Assembly: GCA_963838925.1 (NCBI GenBank)
Contig: CAWISW010000003.1
Location: 192,001-256,000, forward strand
Direction of reading: 5' to 3'
From: an uncultured Nitrososphaerota archaeon
Lineage (GTDB): Archaea; Thermoproteota; Nitrososphaeria; Nitrososphaerales; Gagatemarchaeaceae
DNA length: 64,000 bases
The translations under genes and the position numbers were made by a program. The notes beneath the pieces are model-generated. The model ran no database searches and was not told where the DNA came from. It worked only from the letters and a program-made list of their open reading frames with translations. This document shows, piece by piece, positions 55,201 through 64,000 of this stretch. Position 1 is the stretch's first letter; each line of letters starts with the position of its first letter.

Positions 55201-55241
55201 TTGCACTCGGTTCACAAGTTCACACCATTCCCTGTTTTAAC

Positions 55242-55667
55242 GTGCCAGTCGGCTCATCCAAATCCTTGCGGAAGAGGGTCAAGGTCGAAATAACCGACGA
55301 AGATGGCACCACCTACTCCCTCGCTCTCAAAGGAAAGTTCTCACAAGACAAGGTCATGCGCATGATGGAACTCATCGACCTCTTAGGTCAGAGCCAGCAC
55401 AACAACTCCAGTCCCGCACCGCCAGACGAATCAACCACCTATGGGAGGCTGCTCAAGCTAGTGCAAACAGCGTATTCCGCAAAGGAGTTCTCCTCGGCTG
55501 ACATCGCGCGCGACTACGAGGACAGGCACGGATCGCCAATCCCCCTTAGCACGGTCTCAACCTACCTGTCAAGGCTTGCCGACAAGGGCATCCTCAGTCG
55601 ACAGAAATTCGGCAATTCCTGGGTCTACCGGCTTTCGCATCTTCCCAACAATCAGCTAGCTACGTAG
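55242..55667 (+). CDS. Origin-adjacent wHTH protein
   Basis: FSSADIARDYE..IPLSTVSTYLSRLADKGIL..WVYRL. Confidence 0.8.
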   Translation: MPVGSSKSLRKRVKVEITDEDGTTYSLALKGKFSQDKVMRMMELIDLLGQSQHNNSSPAPPDESTTYGRLLKLVQTAYSAKEFSSADIARDYEDRHGSPIPLSTVSTYLSRLADKGILSRQKFGNSWVYRLSHLPNNQLAT

Positions 55668-56215
55668 GACTTGCCGCTTTCCGTGATTTCGTAGACGTAT
55701 GGCTTGTTCCTATCGTTCCTGACGACCAATCCACGGTCAAAGAGGGCCTTCATCATCCTTGCGGTGTGCTCTCTTGACCTCCCGACCTCCTCCTTGATTT
55801 GCGCAGAGGTCCTTGGGCCCTCTGCCAGCAGACGGAGAACCCTCGTTTCAGTCTCCGTGCTCCCGCCGATTGGTGGTACAGCCAGCACCGTCCTCACTGC
55901 CTCACTAGGTTTGTTGGCCCGAACAGGAACACTGGTAACGGGACTCGAGGTCACGCGCGATTGAGACGTAGATTGCGCCAGTCCAAGCCTAGACGACATA
56001 ACCTCGGTCTTGGCCATCAAGTCGATAATCCGAGTGTCTACTACGGAGAAGCGCGTGCTCATAGAGTCCCAAACATCCTTAGCAAGCCTAGTCGACTCGT
56101 CTGCCTCTACAACCAGTTTGCTGTATCTCGACAGGAGAGTGCCTAGGATTATCACAGAAGCAACGATCACCGCAGCTGCAGCCGCCAACACATAGTCATC
56201 CAGCATGTGCGTCAC
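55652..56215 (-). CDS. N-terminal TM, helical region, linker and C-terminal wHTH protein
   Basis: VLAAAAAVIVASVIILGTLL; GPRTSAQIKEEVGRSREHTARMMKALFDRGLV..YEITESG. Confidence 0.8.
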   Translation of the reverse strand: MTHMLDDYVLAAAAAVIVASVIILGTLLSRYSKLVVEADESTRLAKDVWDSMSTRFSVVDTRIIDLMAKTEVMSSRLGLAQSTSQSRVTSSPVTSVPVRANKPSEAVRTVLAVPPIGGSTETETRVLRLLAEGPRTSAQIKEEVGRSREHTARMMKALFDRGLVVRNDRNKPYVYEITESGKSYVAS

Positions 56216-56268
56216 AAGCCGTGTGATGCTACATGATATAAACTTGCACGCATCAGCACATCATATCA

Positions 56269-56664
56269 TCATAACATCACGATGCGATTGGCCAAAGCAC
56301 TCACGAGCGCTATCACTTCGGGAAGCTTGTCAGAATCCACGTCTGCAGGTATCTTGGAGACCGTGGAGATTAGCTTGTCGACGTCTTCCTCCCTCAACAG
56401 CCCCATCTGCACCGCAGTCGCCACGGTGAAGAGGGATTCCCTCACGTTCTTCCTTGCCTGGGCAAGAATCCTATAATGGGTACCTCTACTTATTGCACTA
56501 TTCTTGCGTGTTACCAGAGCATCCTGCATATTTATTTGAGATTTAGTAACAGATTGATGTAATTGTATTGTGGCAATCTGAACCCTCGTCAAGGAAGAAA
56601 GATCCGCAACGGACTCTGGAGGTGATTTCAACGACACATCGTAATACAATATTGTATTAAGCAT
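56269..56664 (-). CDS. Hypothetical protein, probable HTH (start uncertain)
   Basis: SSLTRVQ..ISRGTHYRILAQARKNVRESLFT; 5' half is AT-rich. Confidence 0.65.
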   Translation of the reverse strand: MLNTILYYDVSLKSPPESVADLSSLTRVQIATIQLHQSVTKSQINMQDALVTRKNSAISRGTHYRILAQARKNVRESLFTVATAVQMGLLREEDVDKLISTVSKIPADVDSDKLPEVIALVSALANRIVML

Positions 56665-56813
56665 TTTTCGGGCTATTTTCTAATTATAATGCTTTGGATG
56701 ATAGAAAGGCAAATTCTTTCGCATTTATCTCTAATTTATCCACAAATCTCACCTCTTATGGTACTCCAGAATAGAATAACATTTATGCAGGAGATAAGGA
56801 GCTCTTGGATGAA

Positions 56814-57068
56814 ATGGGTAGAAGAAGGCGAAAAGTGCTACGGCCGACTCACAAGTCCTTACCTAAGGTATTCAGCTGTCCTCGTTGCGGTGTTGTCGCT
56901 GTGCGCATCACATCACAACTCGATGAGACATCACAAGATTATGTGATGGTGGTTGCATGTGGGAACGCAAGCTGCCGACTGAGAAGGGAGTTCAGGTACC
57001 CGACCCAGAGGCCCGAAATCGACGTGTACAACAGCTTCGTAGATGAATTCGTCAGAACCGGTGGGTAA
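56814..57068 (+). CDS. elf1: Transcription elongation factor Elf1
   Basis: MGRRRRK..LPKVFSCPRCG..CGNASC..DVYNSFVD. Confidence 0.88.
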   Translation: MGRRRRKVLRPTHKSLPKVFSCPRCGVVAVRITSQLDETSQDYVMVVACGNASCRLRREFRYPTQRPEIDVYNSFVDEFVRTGG

Positions 57069-57069
57069 A

Positions 57070-57828
57070 ATGGACCTAATCGGCCCGGTCGAGACTCGGC
57101 TTTCCTCTCGAAAGAGAGGATCCACAGGCCTGGCCGCGCTCATAGACCCGGACAACTTCGACAAGAAGCGCGCTGCCTTCGTAGCGGAGACAGCGGAGAA
57201 GTCGGGCTTTGACTGCGTCTTCATCGGAGGGTCCACGCTAGGAGACCAGACTCATCTCGACGGAATAGTGCGTGCCGTGAAACAACACGTCACATGTCCC
57301 GTGATATTGTTCCCCGGGAACGTCACAGGTATATCACGTCACGCGGACGCGATACTGTTCAGCTCCCTTCTGAACTCCACCAACACCTACTTCATCATAG
57401 GAGCACAGGCAATCGGCGCCATCCAGGTCAACCGGTACCACCTCGAGGCCATACCCATGGGGTACCTGGTCTTCGGGGACGAGAGCACCACCAGCTTCAT
57501 CGGTCAGGTCAGACCTGTCCCATTTGCCAAGCCGGCCGTCGCCGTCATGTATGCACTGGCGGCCCAGTACCTAGGGATGCGGGCCCTCTACTTGGAAGCT
57601 GGAAGCGGCTCCAACCACCCCATGCCGGTCGAGGTCGTCGCGGCGGTGAGAGAGCACTTCAAAGGCCTGCTCATAGTGGGAGGGGGGATTACGACCGCGC
57701 AGACGGCGGCCACACTCTCGAAGGCTGGAGCCGACCTCCTGGTAATCGGCAATCTCCTAGAGACCAAGGATTTCAAGGCGAAAATCCTCCCGATAGCCAA
57801 GGTCCTGAGGGACAAGCTTAAGCACTAA
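57070..57828 (+). CDS. Geranylgeranylglyceryl phosphate synthase
   Basis: LIDPD, IGGST, ILFPG, YLEAGSG, VGGGI. Confidence 0.93.
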   Translation: MDLIGPVETRLSSRKRGSTGLAALIDPDNFDKKRAAFVAETAEKSGFDCVFIGGSTLGDQTHLDGIVRAVKQHVTCPVILFPGNVTGISRHADAILFSSLLNSTNTYFIIGAQAIGAIQVNRYHLEAIPMGYLVFGDESTTSFIGQVRPVPFAKPAVAVMYALAAQYLGMRALYLEAGSGSNHPMPVEVVAAVREHFKGLLIVGGGITTAQTAATLSKAGADLLVIGNLLETKDFKAKILPIAKVLRDKLKH

Positions 57829-57848
57829 TTCGGCGCGCAGTACGTCTG

Positions 57849-60800
57849 TTGCCCTTCAAGGCTAGCTCCGCCTGGGAGCATAGCAAGAAGCTGACCGTCT
57901 TCCCACTAGAGCTCGAAGCGTACTACTCCGACATATTGGGCCAGTACGAGGCCGCTTACAACCTCGCCGAGGAGGCGAAGTCGAGGGGGCTCGATCCAAA
58001 CGAGATTGTCGAATCCAAGACAGTGTTCGACTTGGCAGACCGGGTGAACGAAATGCTGGGGCTCTCACAGTTCGAAGGATTGGCAGAGAGGCTCCGTCAC
58101 CTCCTCCACACGACGACGAAGGAGAGGGCCACCTTGACGATTGCCGAGGAGATAGCCCTCGGCAAGTTCGGGGCCATGAGCACGGACCAGGCGCTCCAGT
58201 ACGCTGTAAGGGCCGGGCTCGCTGTGATAACCGATGGCGTGACCGTCGCGCCAATCCAGGGCATATCGACCGTCGTGATCAAGAAGAACGACGACAACAG
58301 CGAGTACGCATCGATTTCATACGCAGGGCCTATGAGGTCGGCAGGCGGCACAGAGGCCGCGTTCTCTGTGCTCATAGCAGACGTCGTCGCAAAGAAACTC
58401 GGCCTCTCGCCGTACCGGGCGCGCGACGAGGAGATTGCCAGGTACATCGAAGAGCTGAGGGTGTACGAGCGCGAGGTCGGCAGCTTCCAGTACCGCGTCT
58501 CCGACTCGGACGTCCGAGTGGCCCTCTCAAACCTGCCCGTGGAGATTGACGGCGTGGAGACCGACCCCTACGAGGTTGTCGTGCACAGGAACCTGAAGCG
58601 CGTCGCCACTGACAGGGTCAGGGGCGGGGCTCTCCGCGTCCTGAACGACGGGGTGATTGGAAGGGCCCACAAACTTGCCAAAATCTTGAAGGAGCTAGAG
58701 TTGACCGGTTGGGACTGGCTCCCCGAACTGAAGGGCGGCAAGCAACAGTCCACCGGTGAGACGGAGAAACTGGGGGCCCATTTCGAAGAGGTGATTTCCG
58801 GGCGCCCCGTCATCTCTTCTCCCAACACCCGAGGGGGACTTCGGATAAGGTACGGAAGGGCCATGAACACCGGCCTCTCTACCGTCGGCATCCACCCTGC
58901 GATTCCCGCGCTGCTGGACAACTGCGTGGTCGTAGGTACCCAAGTCAAGGTCGACTTGCCAGGAAAGGCCGCCACCATAGCGTTTGTCGACTCCATCGAA
59001 GGGCCTACCATCCGCCTCAAAGACGGCTCTGTTCGCCGTGTAAACAACCTGAGGGAGGCAGAACGCTTCCACGACGCCCTCGAGATCATACTCGATATGG
59101 GTGACGCCCTCATTAGCTACGGCGACTTCTTGGAGAACAACAAGACCCTCGGGCCTTCCCCGTACGTGACAGAGTGGTGGCTCCAAGACCTCAGGGCGGC
59201 CATGCAAAACACAATAAATGAACAAGACTCGGCTGGAGCCGGGGCTCCTGACCCGGCTAGGCTCACGGCAATCCTCGAGGGTGCGATGCCTTCCGCTGAG
59301 GAGGCCCTTGCAATCTCGAGGCAGCTCGCCATACCGCTCTGTCCGTCTTACACTCCGAGGTTCGACAGGCTCTCGCCCGCGGAAGTGCTATTGCTGAAAG
59401 AGGCCGCCAATCAGTCTGGGCGTGATATCGAGGTACACATCACATCACATCACATCGAGGAGGCTTTGCAGCACCTGCTCATACCATACACGCGCAACAA
59501 GGACTCGGCTACCCTGACCGACGGCTGGGCTGTCATACTCGGTGCGCTTCTGGACTTGGAGGGCAGAGCGGCAGCAATCGACGCCGCGGCTTGGGAACCC
59601 ACCAAGGCCGTCGAGCTTATCCACCGCCTTTCCGGCATCAGGCTGGGCAGGCAGACCACGGGAACCGTCGGCATGAGGGTCGGGCGCCCAGAGAAAGCGA
59701 TGCTCAGGCACATGAAGCCCCCAGTCCACGTGCTCTTCCCCGTAGGCGCCGCAGGAGGCAGCACGCGCGACCTGCTAGCCGCGGCCAAGCACGGGAGCAT
59801 GCGGGTCGACATGGTCAACATAATGTGCCCTTCCTGCGGGAAGCGGAAGCTCGCCAGCAGGTGCGAGGAGTGCGGCGAAGCGACCATCAGGTTCCTCTCC
59901 TGCCCGCGTTGCAGCCAGGTCATCAACGCGGAAGAGGGCCAGAGCTGCCCTAAGTGCAGGGTGGAGGGCGTGACACACTCGAACTACAACCTCGACGTCA
60001 GAGCCAGCGTGGACGCGGTGCTGAGGAAGGTGCCCGAGGTCGCCCGAGGCCCCATCAAGGGCGTGCGCGGCCTCTCGAGCGGCTCGAAGTACGCCGAACC
60101 GATTGAAAAAGGGGCCCTCCGGAGCAAGCACGAGATCTACGTCTACAAGGACGGGACGGCGCGCGTGGACGTAACCAACGCCCCGCTCACCCACTTCAGG
60201 CCGAGCGGCATACACGTGGACATTCCGACTCTGCTCTCCCTTGGTTACACCACCGACAAAGACGGCGTGCCCCTAGTCGACCCTGAGCAGATTGTGGCGC
60301 TCAAGCCTCAAGATGTGGTCATCCCAGAGAACACAGCGCGCGACCTCGTGAGGGTGGCGGAATTCGTCGACGACGAGTTGGAGACCGTCTACGGGCTCCC
60401 GAGGTTCTACAACGTCAAGAGCCCGGAGGACTTGAGGGGGAAGGTGGTAGTTGGCCTCGCCCCCCACACTTCAGTGGGCGTCGCTGGAAGAATCATCGGG
60501 TTCTCCAACGCCCAAGTATGTTTCGCCAACCCCTGCTGGCACTCTGCCAAACGCAGGGATTGCGACGGCGACGGAGACTCGGTCCTCCTGCTGATGGACA
60601 TATTCCTCAACTTCTCGGTAGAGTACATACCCACCCAGATTGGCGGTCTGATGGACACGCCGCTGCTGATTCAGCCAATAATCCTGCCCGCAGAGGTCGA
60701 CGACCAGGCCCACAACTTCGACGTCGCTTGGAAGTATCCGGCTGCCTTCTACGAGGCCACCGAGTCCTCGCCCAACGCGTCAAAGGTTTCAGGGCTGATC

Positions 60801-61346
60801 GAGACCATCCGCAACAGGGTGAACCTTCAGGACCAGTTCTACAACTATGGGTTCACCCACAGCACCAGTTCAATCACGATAAAGAGCCCGCGGAGCGCCT
60901 ACTCCACCCTGACCACGCTGTCGGACAAGATATCTAAGCAGATTGAGGTGGCCGAGAAGATAGAGGCGGTCTCGGCCAAGCAGGTCGTGGAGTCGATAAT
61001 CAAGACCCACCTAATCAGGGACATAATGGGGAACATGAAGAAGTACTCCACCCAATCCTTCAAGTGCAGGGCATGCGGTCGGACCCTGCGCAGGCCGACG
61101 GTCTCTGCCAAGTGCGAAATCTGCGGAGGGGAGCTAAGGGAGACGCTGACGCGCGGCTCGGTCGAGAAGTACCTGGCCATCGCCCGCAGGCTCGCGCACG
61201 ACTACGACGTTGACGAATACATCAAGGAGAGGCTGGACCTCTTGGTCAGGGAGATGGACCAGCTCTTCCCGACTAGGGAGAAGAGCACGCAGTCGGAGCT
61301 GACCGACTTCGCCCAAGGCCCGGAGCCGAGCCTAGTGGTCGACTGA
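57849..61346 (+). CDS. polC: DNA polymerase D large subunit DP2 (no intein seen)
   Basis: YAGPMRSAGGT, RVRGGA, RVGRPEKA, AKRRDCDGDGD, GGLMDTPL. Confidence 0.97.
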   Translation: MPFKASSAWEHSKKLTVFPLELEAYYSDILGQYEAAYNLAEEAKSRGLDPNEIVESKTVFDLADRVNEMLGLSQFEGLAERLRHLLHTTTKERATLTIAEEIALGKFGAMSTDQALQYAVRAGLAVITDGVTVAPIQGISTVVIKKNDDNSEYASISYAGPMRSAGGTEAAFSVLIADVVAKKLGLSPYRARDEEIARYIEELRVYEREVGSFQYRVSDSDVRVALSNLPVEIDGVETDPYEVVVHRNLKRVATDRVRGGALRVLNDGVIGRAHKLAKILKELELTGWDWLPELKGGKQQSTGETEKLGAHFEEVISGRPVISSPNTRGGLRIRYGRAMNTGLSTVGIHPAIPALLDNCVVVGTQVKVDLPGKAATIAFVDSIEGPTIRLKDGSVRRVNNLREAERFHDALEIILDMGDALISYGDFLENNKTLGPSPYVTEWWLQDLRAAMQNTINEQDSAGAGAPDPARLTAILEGAMPSAEEALAISRQLAIPLCPSYTPRFDRLSPAEVLLLKEAANQSGRDIEVHITSHHIEEALQHLLIPYTRNKDSATLTDGWAVILGALLDLEGRAAAIDAAAWEPTKAVELIHRLSGIRLGRQTTGTVGMRVGRPEKAMLRHMKPPVHVLFPVGAAGGSTRDLLAAAKHGSMRVDMVNIMCPSCGKRKLASRCEECGEATIRFLSCPRCSQVINAEEGQSCPKCRVEGVTHSNYNLDVRASVDAVLRKVPEVARGPIKGVRGLSSGSKYAEPIEKGALRSKHEIYVYKDGTARVDVTNAPLTHFRPSGIHVDIPTLLSLGYTTDKDGVPLVDPEQIVALKPQDVVIPENTARDLVRVAEFVDDELETVYGLPRFYNVKSPEDLRGKVVVGLAPHTSVGVAGRIIGFSNAQVCFANPCWHSAKRRDCDGDGDSVLLLMDIFLNFSVEYIPTQIGGLMDTPLLIQPIILPAEVDDQAHNFDVAWKYPAAFYEATESSPNASKVSGLIETIRNRVNLQDQFYNYGFTHSTSSITIKSPRSAYSTLTTLSDKISKQIEVAEKIEAVSAKQVVESIIKTHLIRDIMGNMKKYSTQSFKCRACGRTLRRPTVSAKCEICGGELRETLTRGSVEKYLAIARRLAHDYDVDEYIKERLDLLVREMDQLFPTREKSTQSELTDFAQGPEPSLVVD

Positions 61347-61351
61347 CGCTC

Positions 61352-62653
61352 CTAGCGGTAGAAGTACGCCGGCGAGTTGTCGAACGAGTACTTCACTCGC
61401 TGGTGCATCTTCCGGAGGCCCCGCACACGTCTCTTGACCATATGTGCCTTGTCGGTGGTAAGCGCCAAGTGCAACACCTCCGCGACCTCCTTCATCTCGC
61501 TCTTCCCCATCCCGAGCCTGGTGAGTTCCGATACCCCCAGCCTTATCCCTCCTGGGTTCGTATAATGCCTACCCGCCTGAAGGTCGCCCGGCAGCAGTTG
61601 GCGGTTGGCGATGATGTTCATGTCTTCCAGCTTCTTTTCGACCTTCCCCCCGTCGCCGTACTTGGTGACGTCCAGCGCGACCTGGTGAGACTCGGTGTAG
61701 CCGTGGTTCTCTCCGAGCACGCTCTCCCCCTCCTCGGCGAGAGCCTGGGCAAGCGTCCGCGCGTTCGCCGTGACCGCCTTGGCGTAGCTGCTGCCGAACT
61801 TCAAGAACTCTACGAAGGTGAGGGCCTTGGCCGCCACGTTGTGAAGATGGTGGTTGCTCGACGTCCCCGGGAAGACGGACTTCTTCAGGCTCTCGCCGTA
61901 CTGCGCCTTGGACACGACCGCCCCGCCCTGCGGACCGAAGAGGGTCTTGTGGGTGCTGAAGCTCATCACGTGGGCGCCCTCCCCGAGCGGGTCCTGGAAC
62001 CTTCCTCCCGCGATTAGGCCGGCGACGTGCGCGGCGTCATAGCAAGGGGTAGCCCCGATTTCAAGCACGGCGTCAACGAGGTCCTTCACCGGGTGCGGGA
62101 AGAGGAAGAGGCTCCCGCCGAACATGACTATCTTGACCTTCTTCCCCGCGGAGTGGAGCGCCCTTAGTTTCTTCTTGGTCTGGTCGACATCGATGTTCAT
62201 GTTCTCTTTGTCGAACACAAAGTACTCTATGTCGAGGCCGTGGACCAGACCCGCAGTCCCTGAGAACTCCTTCTTGCCGGCAGAGATGTGACCACCGTTC
62301 GGTATCGAGAGCGCCATCATCGTGTCCCCGGGATCAGATAACGAGGAGTATACCGCGAGGTTAGCGCAAGCGCCCGACACGGGGCGGACATCCGCAAACT
62401 CCGCCCTGAACAAGGTCTTGGCAAGGCTGATGGCTTCGAGCTCAATCTGGTCTATGAACTTGCAACCAGCGTACACCCTCTCCCCCGGCCAGCCCTCCGC
62501 GTACCTGTGCCCCAGGTCAGAGGAGAGGACCTGCCTGACTGTGCGAGAGGCGACGTTCTCGCTCGCGACCAGCGGGAGGCTCTCAGAGAACCACTTCTCG
62601 TGCTGTTTCACCAGCGAAATGAGCTTGCCTTGTTGATTCTTCACAACGGCCAA
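61352..62653 (-). CDS. glyA: Serine hydroxymethyltransferase
   Basis: LVASEN, RYAEG, GGHIS, DAAH, STHKTLFGPQG, GIRLG; start approximate. Confidence 0.95.
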   Translation of the reverse strand: MAVVKNQQGKLISLVKQHEKWFSESLPLVASENVASRTVRQVLSSDLGHRYAEGWPGERVYAGCKFIDQIELEAISLAKTLFRAEFADVRPVSGACANLAVYSSLSDPGDTMMALSIPNGGHISAGKKEFSGTAGLVHGLDIEYFVFDKENMNIDVDQTKKKLRALHSAGKKVKIVMFGGSLFLFPHPVKDLVDAVLEIGATPCYDAAHVAGLIAGGRFQDPLGEGAHVMSFSTHKTLFGPQGGAVVSKAQYGESLKKSVFPGTSSNHHLHNVAAKALTFVEFLKFGSSYAKAVTANARTLAQALAEEGESVLGENHGYTESHQVALDVTKYGDGGKVEKKLEDMNIIANRQLLPGDLQAGRHYTNPGGIRLGVSELTRLGMGKSEMKEVAEVLHLALTTDKAHMVKRRVRGLRKMHQRVKYSFDNSPAYFYR

Positions 62654-62757
62654 ACAACCCTCGTCAGTAATTATTGTTTTTGTGCGATTCTTCGACTCAC
62701 GGCAGTTGCACAACATATTTTATAAGGGCGCCAGAGTGGCAAAAGGAGAGAAAAGAC

Positions 62758-62973
62758 ATGAGCAGCAAGAACAAGCAACTACCGGCATCAAGCGCAGGGT
62801 TGCTCAGGTTCTTCGAAGACGAGACCGAAGGCGTCAAGATCAAGCCGGAAATCGTCCTCGCTGCTTCGATGGGGCTCGTCGTAGGCTCAATCGCCATGAA
62901 CCTGATATTCCCGGCACCTCCGTCAAGCACATCTACCGCCGGCGCTGCATTCCTCGCTCTATTATTCGGGTAG
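62758..62973 (+). CDS. secG: Preprotein translocase Sec61-beta
   Basis: SAGLLRFFEDE..KIKPE followed by a TM helix. Confidence 0.9.
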   Translation: MSSKNKQLPASSAGLLRFFEDETEGVKIKPEIVLAASMGLVVGSIAMNLIFPAPPSSTSTAGAAFLALLFG

Positions 62974-62979
62974 ATTCCT

Positions 62980-64000
62980 CTGTATGGTTCCGCAACTGAA
63001 CAGCTAGCTCGCCGTTACCGGCATCTGTTCGTCCTGCCGTCCTTCTCCATCCTCTCCGTCCTCGTCGCATTTTCCAACGTCGTCCTGCTCGCGCCTCTTG
63101 TGGCGCTCGACGGATTGCCAATCGTCGCCGCGCTGGCTGTCTTCATCGCCACATTCGGAAGCTCAGGCTTGATCACCTACGCGGTCAGGGCATCGGATCC
63201 AGACTCGATAGTCTCCCTCAGACGGACGTTCGGGCTCACGCTCGCCTCGAACCTCCTCTGGACCATCCTGCTCGCGGTAGGCTCCCTCTTCTCTTGGGTG
63301 CTCCACACGACCCGACCTGGCCTCAACGAGTTCGTCCTCGGCGCCTTCTTCGCGTGGAGCTTCGAGCTCCTGGTGGTGAACGGGGCCTTCGTATCCAGCA
63401 CCGCCAAGAGCATGGTGATAGCGGTGGTCCAGCCGGCGACGACCCTGCTCCTCGCCTCGCCGTTCATAGTCAAGGCCAACCCCGCACTGGCCTACTCTGC
63501 CGCGTCGGGTTTGGTCGTGCTGGGAATCACAACGGCGTTCCTCCTGAAGTTCAAGACGTTCAAGACGCAAGGCGTGGGCATCAACTCGCTGCAGACCTTC
63601 CAATCGTTCCTAAAGTCATGGGTCTCACAAAGGCCCGCAGAGCTCGAGACCTACTTCAAACTCTACTCCCACGACGAGCCGGTCGCAACAAGAATCGTCC
63701 TGACCACCAGCGCCGCGGACCGAGTCGCCCTCGTGTTGCCCGGCGTCCATCCTGGCCCGTTCTTCCCTGTGGGGAGCTACAACCTCTCGGAACTGATATA
63801 CCAGGAGGTCCGCAAGAGCGGCGTAACCCCCATGGTCTTGCACGGCGTCGGGGGGCACGAGAGGAACCTTCCCACGAACGCGCTCACGAAGCAGTACGCG
63901 GCCGCAATCGCAAGCGCCATCACGATGCCCGACACGAAGCAACAGCTGCAGAGGATGCGTGGCCCCAACAAGCTGAAGCTGGGCTCCACCGCATTGACGA
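62980..64000 (+). CDS. DUF2070-like membrane protein, runs off window end
   Basis: Open frame LARRYRHLFVLP, multi-TM, then PGVHPGPFFPVGSYNL..LHGVGGHERN; follows Sec61-beta; only a CTG start is visible. Confidence 0.8.
   Translation, partial: MYGSATEQLARRYRHLFVLPSFSILSVLVAFSNVVLLAPLVALDGLPIVAALAVFIATFGSSGLITYAVRASDPDSIVSLRRTFGLTLASNLLWTILLAVGSLFSWVLHTTRPGLNEFVLGAFFAWSFELLVVNGAFVSSTAKSMVIAVVQPATTLLLASPFIVKANPALAYSAASGLVVLGITTAFLLKFKTFKTQGVGINSLQTFQSFLKSWVSQRPAELETYFKLYSHDEPVATRIVLTTSAADRVALVLPGVHPGPFFPVGSYNLSELIYQEVRKSGVTPMVLHGVGGHERNLPTNALTKQYAAAIASAITMPDTKQQLQRMRGPNKLKLGSTALT

Noticed and set aside
57849-61346. Intein in DP2 (also checked in Cdc6)
   Set aside because: Lengths are normal, conserved motifs are contiguous and no intein splice motifs were seen.

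Overview
Chromosomal segment of a GC-rich archaeon, most likely a non-ammonia-oxidising Nitrososphaerota (Thaumarchaeota) relative. This rests on the 16S/23S sequence style, an ITS without tRNA, no linked 5S, and PolD, Elf1, Alba and ThyX. Positions 1-11.9 kb are an accessory region. It holds a type I R-M M-S fusion, two toxin-antitoxin modules, a pilin/polymorphic-toxin-like module and several surface-protein genes. These are separated by eight displaced copies of the 3' arm of the 23S pre-rRNA bulge-helix-bulge (BHB) processing stem and trailer, giving a gene-cassette array anchored on the end of the rRNA operon. This is the strongest novel signal. A minus-strand 16S-23S operon (11.9-17.3 kb) carries a 613-nt group I intron at L2500 with no endonuclease ORF. 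The rest is core genome with seven tRNAs, four of them multi-intron (Leu 2, Pro 3, Ser 3, Met 4). The replication origin (ORB boxes) lies next to orc1/cdc6 and between the two PolD genes. Beside it is a cluster of ATCAC pentamers around an AT-rich island, with a membrane-anchored wHTH gene that is a candidate origin-tethering system. All calls were made by eye, with no database searches.
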